Part shown: positions 18,770-27,363 of the stretch, in pieces
Layout of the letters: the number at the start of each line of letters is the position of its first letter
Numbering within the stretch: position 1 is the stretch's first letter
Source: a virus
Direction: 5' to 3' (one strand)
DNA: 64,000 nucleotides
Virus record (IMG/VR): IMGVR_UViG_3300021365_000005
Span: 1-64,000 of that record
Translations under genes and position numbers: made by a program
Notes under the pieces: generated by a model
What the model was told of the DNA's origin: nothing
Databases searched by the model: none
Seen by the model: only the letters and a program-made list of their open reading frames with translations

Positions 18770-20955
18770 GCTTTCTGTCCTACAGGTACCCCACTCCAGC
18801 TAGTAGCTTTTGCTATAGGTTTTGGTTTTTTTCTTTCGACCTTTTCAGCAGGAGGAAGCGGCTTTATTCTCAAAACAGTAGATAGTGAAGTGTCCCAGGA
18901 ATCCCCACTTATGCTATGATCAATTCCAGTTACCATAAAGGTAGAACCATCATATCTTGCAGGAATTGGGTCTATAGTTAAAGAATGTCCCCACTTAAAG
19001 CCTCCAATACCATCCATTTTAAATGATAAGTTTATTGGAAGAATTGGAGGGGAATTTTGTACTACATCCTTATACGGGCTAAATGCCTGTAAAGCTTTGA
19101 CTGAAGCTTTCATAGTGTCTATAGTGTCAGGATCTACACCTTTGACCAAATCTAACCAAGCATCTGTGTATTGCTCTTTAAGGTGTTCTAATTCAACATC
19201 AGGGTCATCTATTTTTGGGGTTCCATGTGTGGTTCCATCTTCGTCAGTTTCACAATGGTTTTGGACTTCGGGAACCATTTCTCCCCATCCTGGGGTTCTG
19301 TCTTTTAGGCCTGCCCCAAATAAGCTAAACTCATCATTATTGGGTTCTGCCGATCCTCCATCTTTTTCTGGAACTTTTGAATTTGAACCATACATTATTT
19401 GGGCTTTAATATCATTAGAGACTTTGGTGTCAATTGTTACGTCTTTCATTATGCTGTGATTTCCATAAACACTAAGAGCATATGGGGTAACAGACTTTCC
19501 TAGAGATTTGGCATCAACAACAGTCATTAAAGCAGGGTTGTCTGGAAGTGGCGTTATAATTAGTTGCCAAGGATTTCCACAAGCTTGATTTATTCCATCT
19601 AAAACTTTATTTACTAATTCCTCAATGGTTTCAGATTCTAGAGCCATTCGTTGAAGAAATCTAACGTTAATGCATATATGAGCCAACCACCCTAGGTTTT
19701 TGTATGCATCTCCAGTTCTCGATACTTTAAAAGGCTTCATTTGGTTAAGACCTAGCATTTGCTCAAAGTCTAAAACATCGCCTGCGGCATTAGCCGATTT
19801 TTTTTCATGGACTAAGTCCCAAAAGTTTTGACCAGGTAGCATGCAAACAGTAGGATCTGCTGAAGTCATTTTATCCGGGTTTGCAAGAGTTGTCATGCGG
19901 GAGTCGAACCTATACGCAGACTTGACAGCTGTATTTCGATAGCTTGCTGGTGCCTGGTCAGCTGTTGTCCCTCCATTATTAGAGGTTTTAGCACCAGGGG
20001 CCTTTGGCAACAAAGCATCGTTTAGAAGCTCTTCTTCGAACCAAGCATAAGTTACAAATTTTTGGGCAGTCATTATTGACCCTCCACCTATAAATGATTT
20101 GAAGGATTCCCAGGTACTATTATCTGCTTTTTCTGCGTCGGACTGTTGTTTGTCCATTTTCATTGCAAAGCCCCAAGGCTTGCCGTATTTCGATCTGGAC
20201 TTTCCCATAGGGATTACACTATCAGATGCCAAAAGCTGATTTAGTTTTCTAGATAAGTCAGACTCTTTTGCACAATTAGACCCATCTTCCTGTTCTTCAG
20301 TTTTACAACAAACAGCGTCTTTGCCGACTTTGGTGGATTCATGAGACATCATCATTTCTGCAGGAGATGAAAATGTTGTGGTACATGAATAAGTTCCGTT
20401 GGAGTCTTGAGTCCATGAAAAATTTGACACCACACCTTTTTCTGCGCCATAACAACCTTCGTTTATATCAGAAAGTTTAGCAGCTTTGGTTAAGAATTCA
20501 TCAAACGTTAATGCATGGTCTGCAGCAGTCATAATATCTACCATCCTTCCACCAGATGGCTTTACCGTCCATCCATATTCAAGAACCACGGTTTTACCAA
20601 GAGACATAAAAAGTTTTTCAAGTTCTTCGAGATGCTTTAAGCTATAACATTTATAACTAACCTCAATTTTTTTAAGAGTTTTTAAAGTCCCTGTGTGCTT
20701 TATATCTGCAGAAACAAGTCCTGGCATTGGCGTTAACCTGGTGGTTGTGTCATATAAATCGTCTGTAGTGTTATTACTTTCTAGAGATTGAAAATCACTT
20801 AGTTTTCCATTTTGAAGTACGTTTGAAGTGAATCTTAGCCAAACCATTCTAGATGTTGTCCAAGCAAGGTTACTCCCTGGAGATTTGGCTGCAGCTATTC
20901 TATTGGTAAGAGATGTTTTCAGAGCTCCTGAAACCTCTATCATTTTCATAGCCAT
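18766..20955 (-). CDS. Baseplate hub-like structural protein
   Basis: 729 aa, follows the LysM/gpX-like gene; C-terminal LSFKMDGIGG...FMVTGIDHSI...WDTSL hub-type beta strands. Confidence 0.6.
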   Translation of the reverse strand: MAMKMIEVSGALKTSLTNRIAAAKSPGSNLAWTTSRMVWLRFTSNVLQNGKLSDFQSLESNNTTDDLYDTTTRLTPMPGLVSADIKHTGTLKTLKKIEVSYKCYSLKHLEELEKLFMSLGKTVVLEYGWTVKPSGGRMVDIMTAADHALTFDEFLTKAAKLSDINEGCYGAEKGVVSNFSWTQDSNGTYSCTTTFSSPAEMMMSHESTKVGKDAVCCKTEEQEDGSNCAKESDLSRKLNQLLASDSVIPMGKSRSKYGKPWGFAMKMDKQQSDAEKADNSTWESFKSFIGGGSIMTAQKFVTYAWFEEELLNDALLPKAPGAKTSNNGGTTADQAPASYRNTAVKSAYRFDSRMTTLANPDKMTSADPTVCMLPGQNFWDLVHEKKSANAAGDVLDFEQMLGLNQMKPFKVSRTGDAYKNLGWLAHICINVRFLQRMALESETIEELVNKVLDGINQACGNPWQLIITPLPDNPALMTVVDAKSLGKSVTPYALSVYGNHSIMKDVTIDTKVSNDIKAQIMYGSNSKVPEKDGGSAEPNNDEFSLFGAGLKDRTPGWGEMVPEVQNHCETDEDGTTHGTPKIDDPDVELEHLKEQYTDAWLDLVKGVDPDTIDTMKASVKALQAFSPYKDVVQNSPPILPINLSFKMDGIGGFKWGHSLTIDPIPARYDGSTFMVTGIDHSISGDSWDTSLSTVLRIKPLPPAEKVERKKPKPIAKATSWSGVPVGQKA

Positions 20956-21257
20956 TATCGTTCTTCCTGGAGTTTTCTGTAAGAGGCTTGTATTTTTGTT
21001 ATTTCTGTAGGTATTCTAAGTTGGATTCCCGGAGGAACTATCATACCATGCTTACCAAGGCCATTTGCTACTGCTATGATCCACCATAGGGTTTGGTCTT
21101 CATAATACTTACTGGAAAGAAGATCTAGCCTGTCTCCAGAATTACTTATTAAGTAAATATCACTTATGCTTCTTGGGATCACCGGGTAGATATTACTTTT
21201 AAATTGTCTGGGTTTACCCTCGTAGCGAATTTCTGGGTTGGATGCGTATCTACTCAT
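20955..21257 (-). CDS. Baseplate wedge LysM/gpX/gp53-like protein
   Basis: GDRLDLLSSKYYED..LWWIIA.AN...G.QLRIP. Confidence 0.85.
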   Translation of the reverse strand: MSRYASNPEIRYEGKPRQFKSNIYPVIPRSISDIYLISNSGDRLDLLSSKYYEDQTLWWIIAVANGLGKHGMIVPPGIQLRIPTEITKIQASYRKLQEER

Positions 21258-22930
21258 TTTACACTCTCGTCAAATGCGGTTTTCCAATACCTGGTGCCTT
21301 TTGTAAAGAACCCACCGTCGGCGTTTGTTAATAGTTTATAGCCTAGATTTAATTTTATTACCATGGGCAATTCAGCTTTAGCGGTTTCTGTTCCAGCGGT
21401 CCCTAGGTTTATGTCCCAAGGAACATCTTCATCTACAGTAAAAGTTATTTTATCTATAATTACATTTTGATTTTTATAGAGATCTCCTAGTGTGAGTTGA
21501 CAAAATGCGGCTTTTGCAAGACCACTGGTTGTTATTGATGGAGATGCCATTTGATAGAGGCTATTTAACCGAATATAATTTTGTTTTGCTTCTACTGCTG
21601 TGAATGAAACTATCATTAGATCATGAGAAACGTCTCTGGCTACACTATCAAACCTTTGCTGGGCCATTGTTCTTCCTGCATACTTAACTTCTGACCAACT
21701 GAATGAAGTGTTGTCAGTAATAGAGCCTAAGCCATAAGACCTGAATTTAATTTCCTCTGAACCTCTCGTGAGCTTTAAAGTAACGTAATCAGATCCTTTG
21801 CCGGCAACTTCGCCATATTGATCTGCCTCTCCTCCCGTAGATTTTCCATAGTCTATAAGACCAATTCTTGAATATGAGTTATCCGTAGCTTCATATTCAG
21901 TTCCATCTCTAAATGACCGAATAGCATTTGAAGAGTCGTTGGTTTTTCCCTTTCTAGTTATGCCCCCATAATCTAAAGCCCCATACTTTATAATAGCATC
22001 GTCACCACTTTTAGCTGGAATGTTAATTGGGTTAAAATCATCACCTAGTTTTTCAATACCTGGGCCTATACTTCCTACATAGTTTCCACCTTCTTTATAT
22101 TTGCCTTCATATGAATCATCTCCGGTTTCTCCGATAGGCAGGTTTGTCCCTGTTGGAGGTTGATACATGACAATAACTTCACCATCAATTCTCGGGGGTT
22201 TGGAGGTTCTGTGGTTGGTAAAGCCTATTCCAAATACAGAGTTAGGTCCTCCTAATCCAGACATAGCATTTATTTTTTTACTACGATTAATATACCAATT
22301 GGTATTTTTTATTTTGTCAGCTACTTTTTGAATAAATGTCTTGTCTGAACTTACTTCTTCAGTTTCAGACGGTGCTATGACTAGCTCTTTAAAATGTCCG
22401 ACATTTAGTTGACTTGCTATGCTAACTAGTCTATTTTGTCCGAGAAGGGCTTTGGCTTTAATTCTTTTTTCATAATTAATAGCTTCAAGATTAAGGGGCC
22501 CTAGACCATGACGATCAATATGAATCCCAAGCGCTCCTGCTGGAATCTGGGCTGCTGTAGCTAATGGATTGTATATTCTTCCTGCATTAATGGGCCCAGG
22601 AGCTAGGAATTCTCCTTTTGGATTCGACAATTGCAAGCCTGCTTGCTTTGCAATAAATAGAAGACCTTTTGGAGAGCCCATAAACTTAGCTATTCTGCCT
22701 GTGTCTATTACAGGAGCAGTTAAAAAGTTTATTTTATTTGAAGGGTTGTCTTGCCCTTTTTGGATTCCCCTTTGCATAAATGGCTGAGCCATCCATAATG
22801 GGGTTCTAATATTTTTATTTTCAGCTTCTGCTCGTATACTTTTAAATTCAGCTGCGCCAATATGAGTGTGGTAGTGGTCTGCCATTTTATTGGCAAAAGC
22901 GTCATTGGTTAAGTTTTCTAAAAATCCCAT
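21254..22930 (-). CDS. Baseplate / tail-tube initiator-like protein (start probably 22930)
   Basis: C-terminal ITDNTSFSWSEVKYAGR...LTLGDLY...II....FTVDEDVPWDI domain; directly downstream of the tape measure gene. Confidence 0.6.
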   Translation of the reverse strand: MGFLENLTNDAFANKMADHYHTHIGAAEFKSIRAEAENKNIRTPLWMAQPFMQRGIQKGQDNPSNKINFLTAPVIDTGRIAKFMGSPKGLLFIAKQAGLQLSNPKGEFLAPGPINAGRIYNPLATAAQIPAGALGIHIDRHGLGPLNLEAINYEKRIKAKALLGQNRLVSIASQLNVGHFKELVIAPSETEEVSSDKTFIQKVADKIKNTNWYINRSKKINAMSGLGGPNSVFGIGFTNHRTSKPPRIDGEVIVMYQPPTGTNLPIGETGDDSYEGKYKEGGNYVGSIGPGIEKLGDDFNPINIPAKSGDDAIIKYGALDYGGITRKGKTNDSSNAIRSFRDGTEYEATDNSYSRIGLIDYGKSTGGEADQYGEVAGKGSDYVTLKLTRGSEEIKFRSYGLGSITDNTSFSWSEVKYAGRTMAQQRFDSVARDVSHDLMIVSFTAVEAKQNYIRLNSLYQMASPSITTSGLAKAAFCQLTLGDLYKNQNVIIDKITFTVDEDVPWDINLGTAGTETAKAELPMVIKLNLGYKLLTNADGGFFTKGTRYWKTAFDESVK

Positions 22931-22931
22931 A

Positions 22932-25322
22932 TCAAGTTCCCATTGGTCCACGAGCAAGAGCTATTACATCTCCAACTTTTTTACCGTCCATATTAACAAC
23001 CCCTGGCTGGCTCATCAAATCTATTAGTATATCAAGCTTTTCTGCTATAACATTGCTACTATCGTCTTTGTCGCCCCCACCTGACATTCCACCTACTATA
23101 GCACCAACTCCCATTGCCAATCCACCTAGTAATAATAGTGTTGGTAGCATAGGGGTAAGCATTACTAAACTTGCCCCAAGAGACATAATTCCTAATCCCA
23201 GGATTCCAAAGGCTAGACCTAATGCTCCTATGCCTGATGCAAGTGGAGTTAGAATAGCCATACCTGCAGCAAGTCCTGTTATAATTTCAACTCCACCTAC
23301 TAGTCCGAATAATCCCACCCCAACTGCTGCTATGCCAAAACCTGCTCCAAGAAGTATTAAGCCATAGCCGATAAGCGGCATAATTGGTATTGCTGGTGCA
23401 AAGGTTAAGAGCCCCATCGATAGTTCGGGTAGCATTGGTATAAGTAACAAGAAGTTTGGTATTGCTTGACTTACAATGTTAAGAGCAATTGCCAACACTA
23501 GCATCGCTCCAGCAACTATCAACATTGCTGCAGCACCTGCAATGATTGCTAGAGCTCCTACTCCTGACATCATGATCGCTCCAAGTAGAGCTACCGCTCC
23601 AACTAGAGCCAACATCGAAACAACTGCCATACCTACTGCCTCCCAACTTACACCCATGAATTCCTGTACTGCTTTAGCAAATACAAATACAGCTGCTGCT
23701 ACTATTACCATTGCTGCAGCACCTTGAATTACCTTTTTCATGTCTATCTTAGCCATGCCTTTCATCATACCTCCACCAGGGGCCTCTTCTCCGCTATCAC
23801 CTAGCTTATCCATTATTTTGTCTTTACCTTTGTCAAGTAGATCCCCACCCTTTTCTTCGACCATGTCTTTTGCTTTATCTTTTAGATTATCTACTGGAGT
23901 TTCTGCCTCTCCGCCGCCGCCAAATAATTTTTTCCAACCTAGGTGAGCTTTTTCTTTAAGCCAATGAGCGACATCCTTTCCATATTGTATACCTTTTTGA
24001 ATGCGTTCTTTTATTCTCATCTTATCCGAGTTTATCAACATATTACTCGTTGCTGATAATAGGCCCATATTATTTTTAATAGTTTTCCCAGTACCCATTA
24101 TAAATCCTAGGGATTTTTCTAAAGTGCTTGCTTCGACAAGTCCCATTTCGATTTGCTTTTCCTTATTTCCAATCATGGATTGCATCGTTGCAAGATCAAC
24201 TCCAGCAGCATCAGCAAGGGCTTTTCTTTGGATAACCGACATTTTTTCAAATTCTGCTATACCACCTACTTGTTGGAGAATAGCTTTAGTTGCTCCTACA
24301 GTATCTCCTGCCATAGCTAGTTGTCTGGCTCTATCAAATGATATTTGGCGACCTAGTAGCACAGAAACCTGCATTTCTTTTTCTATAGATGTTTCTATAT
24401 CCAAAATGCTAGTCATCATCTGATCTATAGCAGCCATATTTGTGCCGAGCTTGGCTGCTTGTACTGCAGTTTCTGCCATCGATAAAGCACTCTTACCACC
24501 AAACTTTGCCATAAATTCTGAGCTTTGAGCCATGTCCTCCATGACCGCTCCTGGAGCAACATTATTAGCTTTGGCTAGGTTGGCTACACTTAGCATCTGG
24601 TGTTTAACCATTTTGTCAGATTCATTAGACATTAATTTAATCTGTTTAAATAGCTTGGCTCCAGATGCTTCTGATACTCCATAAGTTTTGCTCAACTTTG
24701 CAACAGCGACAATTGCTGTTGAAGTTACACTATCGAGGTCGCCCATTTCAGTAGCTAGGGCTCCTGCAGCTTTTGCAGACTTTTCAAAGCCAATACCGAG
24801 TAGCATTCCACTACCAGCTGATTTGGCCAAAGTTCCTGCCATTGCTAGACCCTGGGTGTATGATAGCCCCATTGAGTGCTGGGCATCCATTAAAGTGCCC
24901 GATATCTCCATTGCTTTATCAGCTGCAGCCACCAAAAATAATCCTTTGGCTATTTTAGGGTCAGTGGCTAAATCATAAAATTGTTTAAATTTCTTTTTAA
25001 AGTAATTTATTTTATCATTAATTGCTGCCTGTTGTTCTATTTCTTTCCTTTTTAACTTTAAAGCTTTTTCTGCCATTTTAACAGATTTGTCATTTTCGAG
25101 GGCTTCGCTTTCAAGAAGGGTCTTCATTTCTTTTTCAAGACTTCTAGTCTTTTCCCTTACAGCAAGTAGTGCTTTGGTAGAACTATAGCTCTCCCCCATA
25201 GCTTTGGCCAGATCTCGGACCGTTCCAATTCTTTCTTTTTCAGCATCATTAAGAGCATTAGTTGTCCTGAGATGCTTGTCTAGAGCTGCTTGAGCTTCTT
25301 TATGGGAGGGGTTCTTAGCCAT
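22932..25322 (-). CDS. Tape measure protein
   Basis: 796 aa Ala/Gly-rich helical protein with LDIETSIEKEM...RARQLA block and a long hydrophobic C-terminal half; canonical position. Confidence 0.85.
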   Translation of the reverse strand: MAKNPSHKEAQAALDKHLRTTNALNDAEKERIGTVRDLAKAMGESYSSTKALLAVREKTRSLEKEMKTLLESEALENDKSVKMAEKALKLKRKEIEQQAAINDKINYFKKKFKQFYDLATDPKIAKGLFLVAAADKAMEISGTLMDAQHSMGLSYTQGLAMAGTLAKSAGSGMLLGIGFEKSAKAAGALATEMGDLDSVTSTAIVAVAKLSKTYGVSEASGAKLFKQIKLMSNESDKMVKHQMLSVANLAKANNVAPGAVMEDMAQSSEFMAKFGGKSALSMAETAVQAAKLGTNMAAIDQMMTSILDIETSIEKEMQVSVLLGRQISFDRARQLAMAGDTVGATKAILQQVGGIAEFEKMSVIQRKALADAAGVDLATMQSMIGNKEKQIEMGLVEASTLEKSLGFIMGTGKTIKNNMGLLSATSNMLINSDKMRIKERIQKGIQYGKDVAHWLKEKAHLGWKKLFGGGGEAETPVDNLKDKAKDMVEEKGGDLLDKGKDKIMDKLGDSGEEAPGGGMMKGMAKIDMKKVIQGAAAMVIVAAAVFVFAKAVQEFMGVSWEAVGMAVVSMLALVGAVALLGAIMMSGVGALAIIAGAAAMLIVAGAMLVLAIALNIVSQAIPNFLLLIPMLPELSMGLLTFAPAIPIMPLIGYGLILLGAGFGIAAVGVGLFGLVGGVEIITGLAAGMAILTPLASGIGALGLAFGILGLGIMSLGASLVMLTPMLPTLLLLGGLAMGVGAIVGGMSGGGDKDDSSNVIAEKLDILIDLMSQPGVVNMDGKKVGDVIALARGPMGT

Positions 25323-25328
25323 CTAACC

Positions 25329-25610
25329 TTAGCTATATTTTTTATTTAGTCTTGCAGCTGCTTTATACGATTTTTTAATATCAGCTTCTTGTTTTCTAAT
25401 TCGATTGACTAATTTTTTTGCTTCGGGAGATTCTGAAGCTAGCGCATCCATTCCGTCAATATACATTTGGGAATTTGTATTTAGAAGGACTCCTTTTATG
25501 TGATCCATAATACTATCAAATATCCCTTCTTGTAATTTATTGGGATGTTTTGCCATTTGGGCCAGAATTACAGGCCTTAATGCTTTTCTAAGTTTTTTCT
25601 CATTATCCAT
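25329..25610 (-). CDS. Hypothetical protein upstream of the tape measure gene
   Basis: AGGAG SD and late motif upstream; contains LQE|GIFD. Confidence 0.7.
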   Translation of the reverse strand: MDNEKKLRKALRPVILAQMAKHPNKLQEGIFDSIMDHIKGVLLNTNSQMYIDGMDALASESPEAKKLVNRIRKQEADIKKSYKAAARLNKKYS

Positions 25611-25637
25611 GGCTACTCCTATGTAGATCTATTCAAG

Positions 25638-25647
25638 TATAAATATC
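25638..25647 (-). promoter_or_regulatory. Late-type motif GATATTTATA
   Basis: Recurrent intergenic motif. Confidence 0.6.
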
Positions 25648-25648
25648 A

Positions 25649-25891
25649 CTAATTTGGAGTTTTGGTTGAATTAGGGTATCTTGGAGGAGGAGTTCTAGAC
25701 TTGTTTCCTTTGCTTGCTTTTTCCTGAGCTTCTTTCTCTTTCTTAAGCTGGTCAGATAGGGTCTTATAATAGAAAGTTCTTAGGTATACTGGAAGGGTGT
25801 AGACATCAGTGTGCGTAAATGCACCTTGAGAATGGTATGCTATCTCAAAGATTTGTTTGTGTAGAATGGGCTTGTAATCAAGCCCTAGGCC
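25649..25891 (-). CDS. Frameshift-accessed C-terminal extension of the tail assembly chaperone (GT / gp51-like), 80 aa
   Basis: Open frame GLGLDYKPILHKQIFEIAYHSQGAFTHTDVYTLPVYLRTFYY...; no in-frame ATG/GTG/TTG; begins right after TTTTTTT. Confidence 0.8.
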   Translation of the reverse strand, partial: GLGLDYKPILHKQIFEIAYHSQGAFTHTDVYTLPVYLRTFYYKTLSDQLKKEKEAQEKASKGNKSRTPPPRYPNSTKTPN

Positions 25892-25898
25892 AAAAAAA
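25868..25898 (-). other. Programmed frameshift signal: U7 slippery run, 6 nt spacer, 7 bp hairpin
   Basis: CAA TTT TTT TGG; stem-loop GGGCTTG-ATTA-CAAGCCC. Confidence 0.75.
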
Positions 25899-26750
25899 TT
25901 GGACGTTCATTGGCATCTGAACTGTTGGGTCTTCGTGACCACAGCTTTCACATTCGAAGTCAATCGTCATGTCTACGTCGGGAGATACTGTGTCTAGGTA
26001 CTGACGGAATGCTAGAGAATCTCTAGAAAGAAATTCATTGTCAACAAACGATCTAATTGCCGTTTTGTCTTCTTCACCATCTATAGCTACAATCATATAT
26101 TTAAACCGACTGGTTAATTCATATGTTACTCCGTTGCCACCAACCTTCTTTTTTTTCATTCTTTTTGCTTCTGCTTCAACTAGCTTTTCGTCAGCGTGAG
26201 TTAGAATTTTAAATGTTAAGGTTTTTTTAGCTATTGGAAGTTTAAATGTAAATCTTCCTTCACTGTCTGGGGCATCACCTTCTAGGATTTTATTTTCTAA
26301 AGATGTTAAATCGACAGTTTGTTTGTGTTTAGCGCCACATGCAGGACAGGCCATTTCTACTGGATATTCAGCACCATATCCTAGCACTCTTGCTGCTACC
26401 ATGATTGCATTTTTATCGCCAGTAACTAAGTCGTTATAGTTTACAGATTTACCTTCACCATTGCTTACGATCAGAGCTCTAAGTAGTGTGTCAATAACTA
26501 AGCCTTTTTGGATCAAATTAGAAGATGTTAGGATATCTTCTTCTTTAGCAGTCATATACTTCATTTCAACTTTACCTGATGATAGTGCACTATTTTCAGG
26601 ATATAGGGCTCCTCCACTTGGGAGATCTATAATTTCTGTTGGGAATTTAGACTCTTTTATTAGGGTCGTATTAGACTCGTTTGCAAGTTGGTGCTTTAGG
26701 TCGTCTGTGGAAAGGGCTTTGCCCGGGTAATCGTCTGTAACTTTATTCAT
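25878..26750 (-). CDS. Tail / baseplate hub assembly chaperone (gp26 / G-like)
   Basis: LPSGG..Y, MTAKEEDIL, two CxxC pairs, ends FFWPRA; lies between tube and tape measure genes. Confidence 0.85.
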   Translation of the reverse strand: MNKVTDDYPGKALSTDDLKHQLANESNTTLIKESKFPTEIIDLPSGGALYPENSALSSGKVEMKYMTAKEEDILTSSNLIQKGLVIDTLLRALIVSNGEGKSVNYNDLVTGDKNAIMVAARVLGYGAEYPVEMACPACGAKHKQTVDLTSLENKILEGDAPDSEGRFTFKLPIAKKTLTFKILTHADEKLVEAEAKRMKKKKVGGNGVTYELTSRFKYMIVAIDGEEDKTAIRSFVDNEFLSRDSLAFRQYLDTVSPDVDMTIDFECESCGHEDPTVQMPMNVQFFWPRA

Positions 26751-26777
26751 AATTAGGTTCCTTTGAAGGTTCGTATA

Positions 26778-26787
26778 TATAAATATA
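26778..26787 (-). promoter_or_regulatory. Late-type motif TATATTTATA
   Basis: Recurrent motif, just downstream of the tube terminator. Confidence 0.6.
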
Positions 26788-26794
26788 TAGCAAT

Positions 26795-26820
26795 AAAAAA
26801 AGCTCCATAAAGGAGCCTTT
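26795..26820 (-). terminator. Intrinsic terminator after the tail tube gene
   Basis: AAAGGCTCC-TTTAT-GGAGCTTT followed by a T run on the minus strand. Confidence 0.8.
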
Positions 26821-26840
26821 CTTAAATATATTATTTAATC

Positions 26841-27335
26841 TTAGTATTGTAAGATAGCGTGATCGAATCTAATGTCTAGAGAAATCATTAGAGGAGTTCC
26901 GTCCTCTTCATATGATAAATCTCCAAATGTTGCTTTTGTTATAAAAGCACCTTTAAGATTCCACTCTTCAACCTTATCACCTACTGGACCTAACACATTA
27001 ATTGTTATATCCTTTTTATACATATCAGAATAGCCATTTCGGCCAGTAACTGATTCGTGATGTAGTCTTACCCATTCCATAACGGCTTGTGCTCCAGACG
27101 GAACAATTGGATCGTAAAGTTCCATGCCTGATATTGCATCCCATTCTGACCTACCTTTGATGTATCTTGTAGTGTTCATATGCTTAATTGCAGTTTCACC
27201 ATTACTAATACTAGGCCTTGGGCACTTGCGTATAAGATATGATGGTATTCCGTCAACATACATGATAAACCTATTTGCAACCTTAGGTTCAAAATTAGTG
27301 TGCATCAGTTCTGTTGGGTCTATTAAATTTGCCAT
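26841..27335 (-). CDS. Tail tube protein (gp19-like)
   Basis: FEPKVANRF, LYDPIVPSGAQAVMEW, YKKDI...LGPVGDKVEEW.L.GAF. Confidence 0.92.
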   Translation of the reverse strand: MANLIDPTELMHTNFEPKVANRFIMYVDGIPSYLIRKCPRPSISNGETAIKHMNTTRYIKGRSEWDAISGMELYDPIVPSGAQAVMEWVRLHHESVTGRNGYSDMYKKDITINVLGPVGDKVEEWNLKGAFITKATFGDLSYEEDGTPLMISLDIRFDHAILQY

Positions 27336-27353
27336 TTAGTGTTTCTCCTTGTA

Positions 27354-27363
27354 TATAAATATC
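27354..27363 (-). promoter_or_regulatory. Late-type motif GATATTTATA
   Basis: Recurrent intergenic motif; AAGGAG SD follows. Confidence 0.65.
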
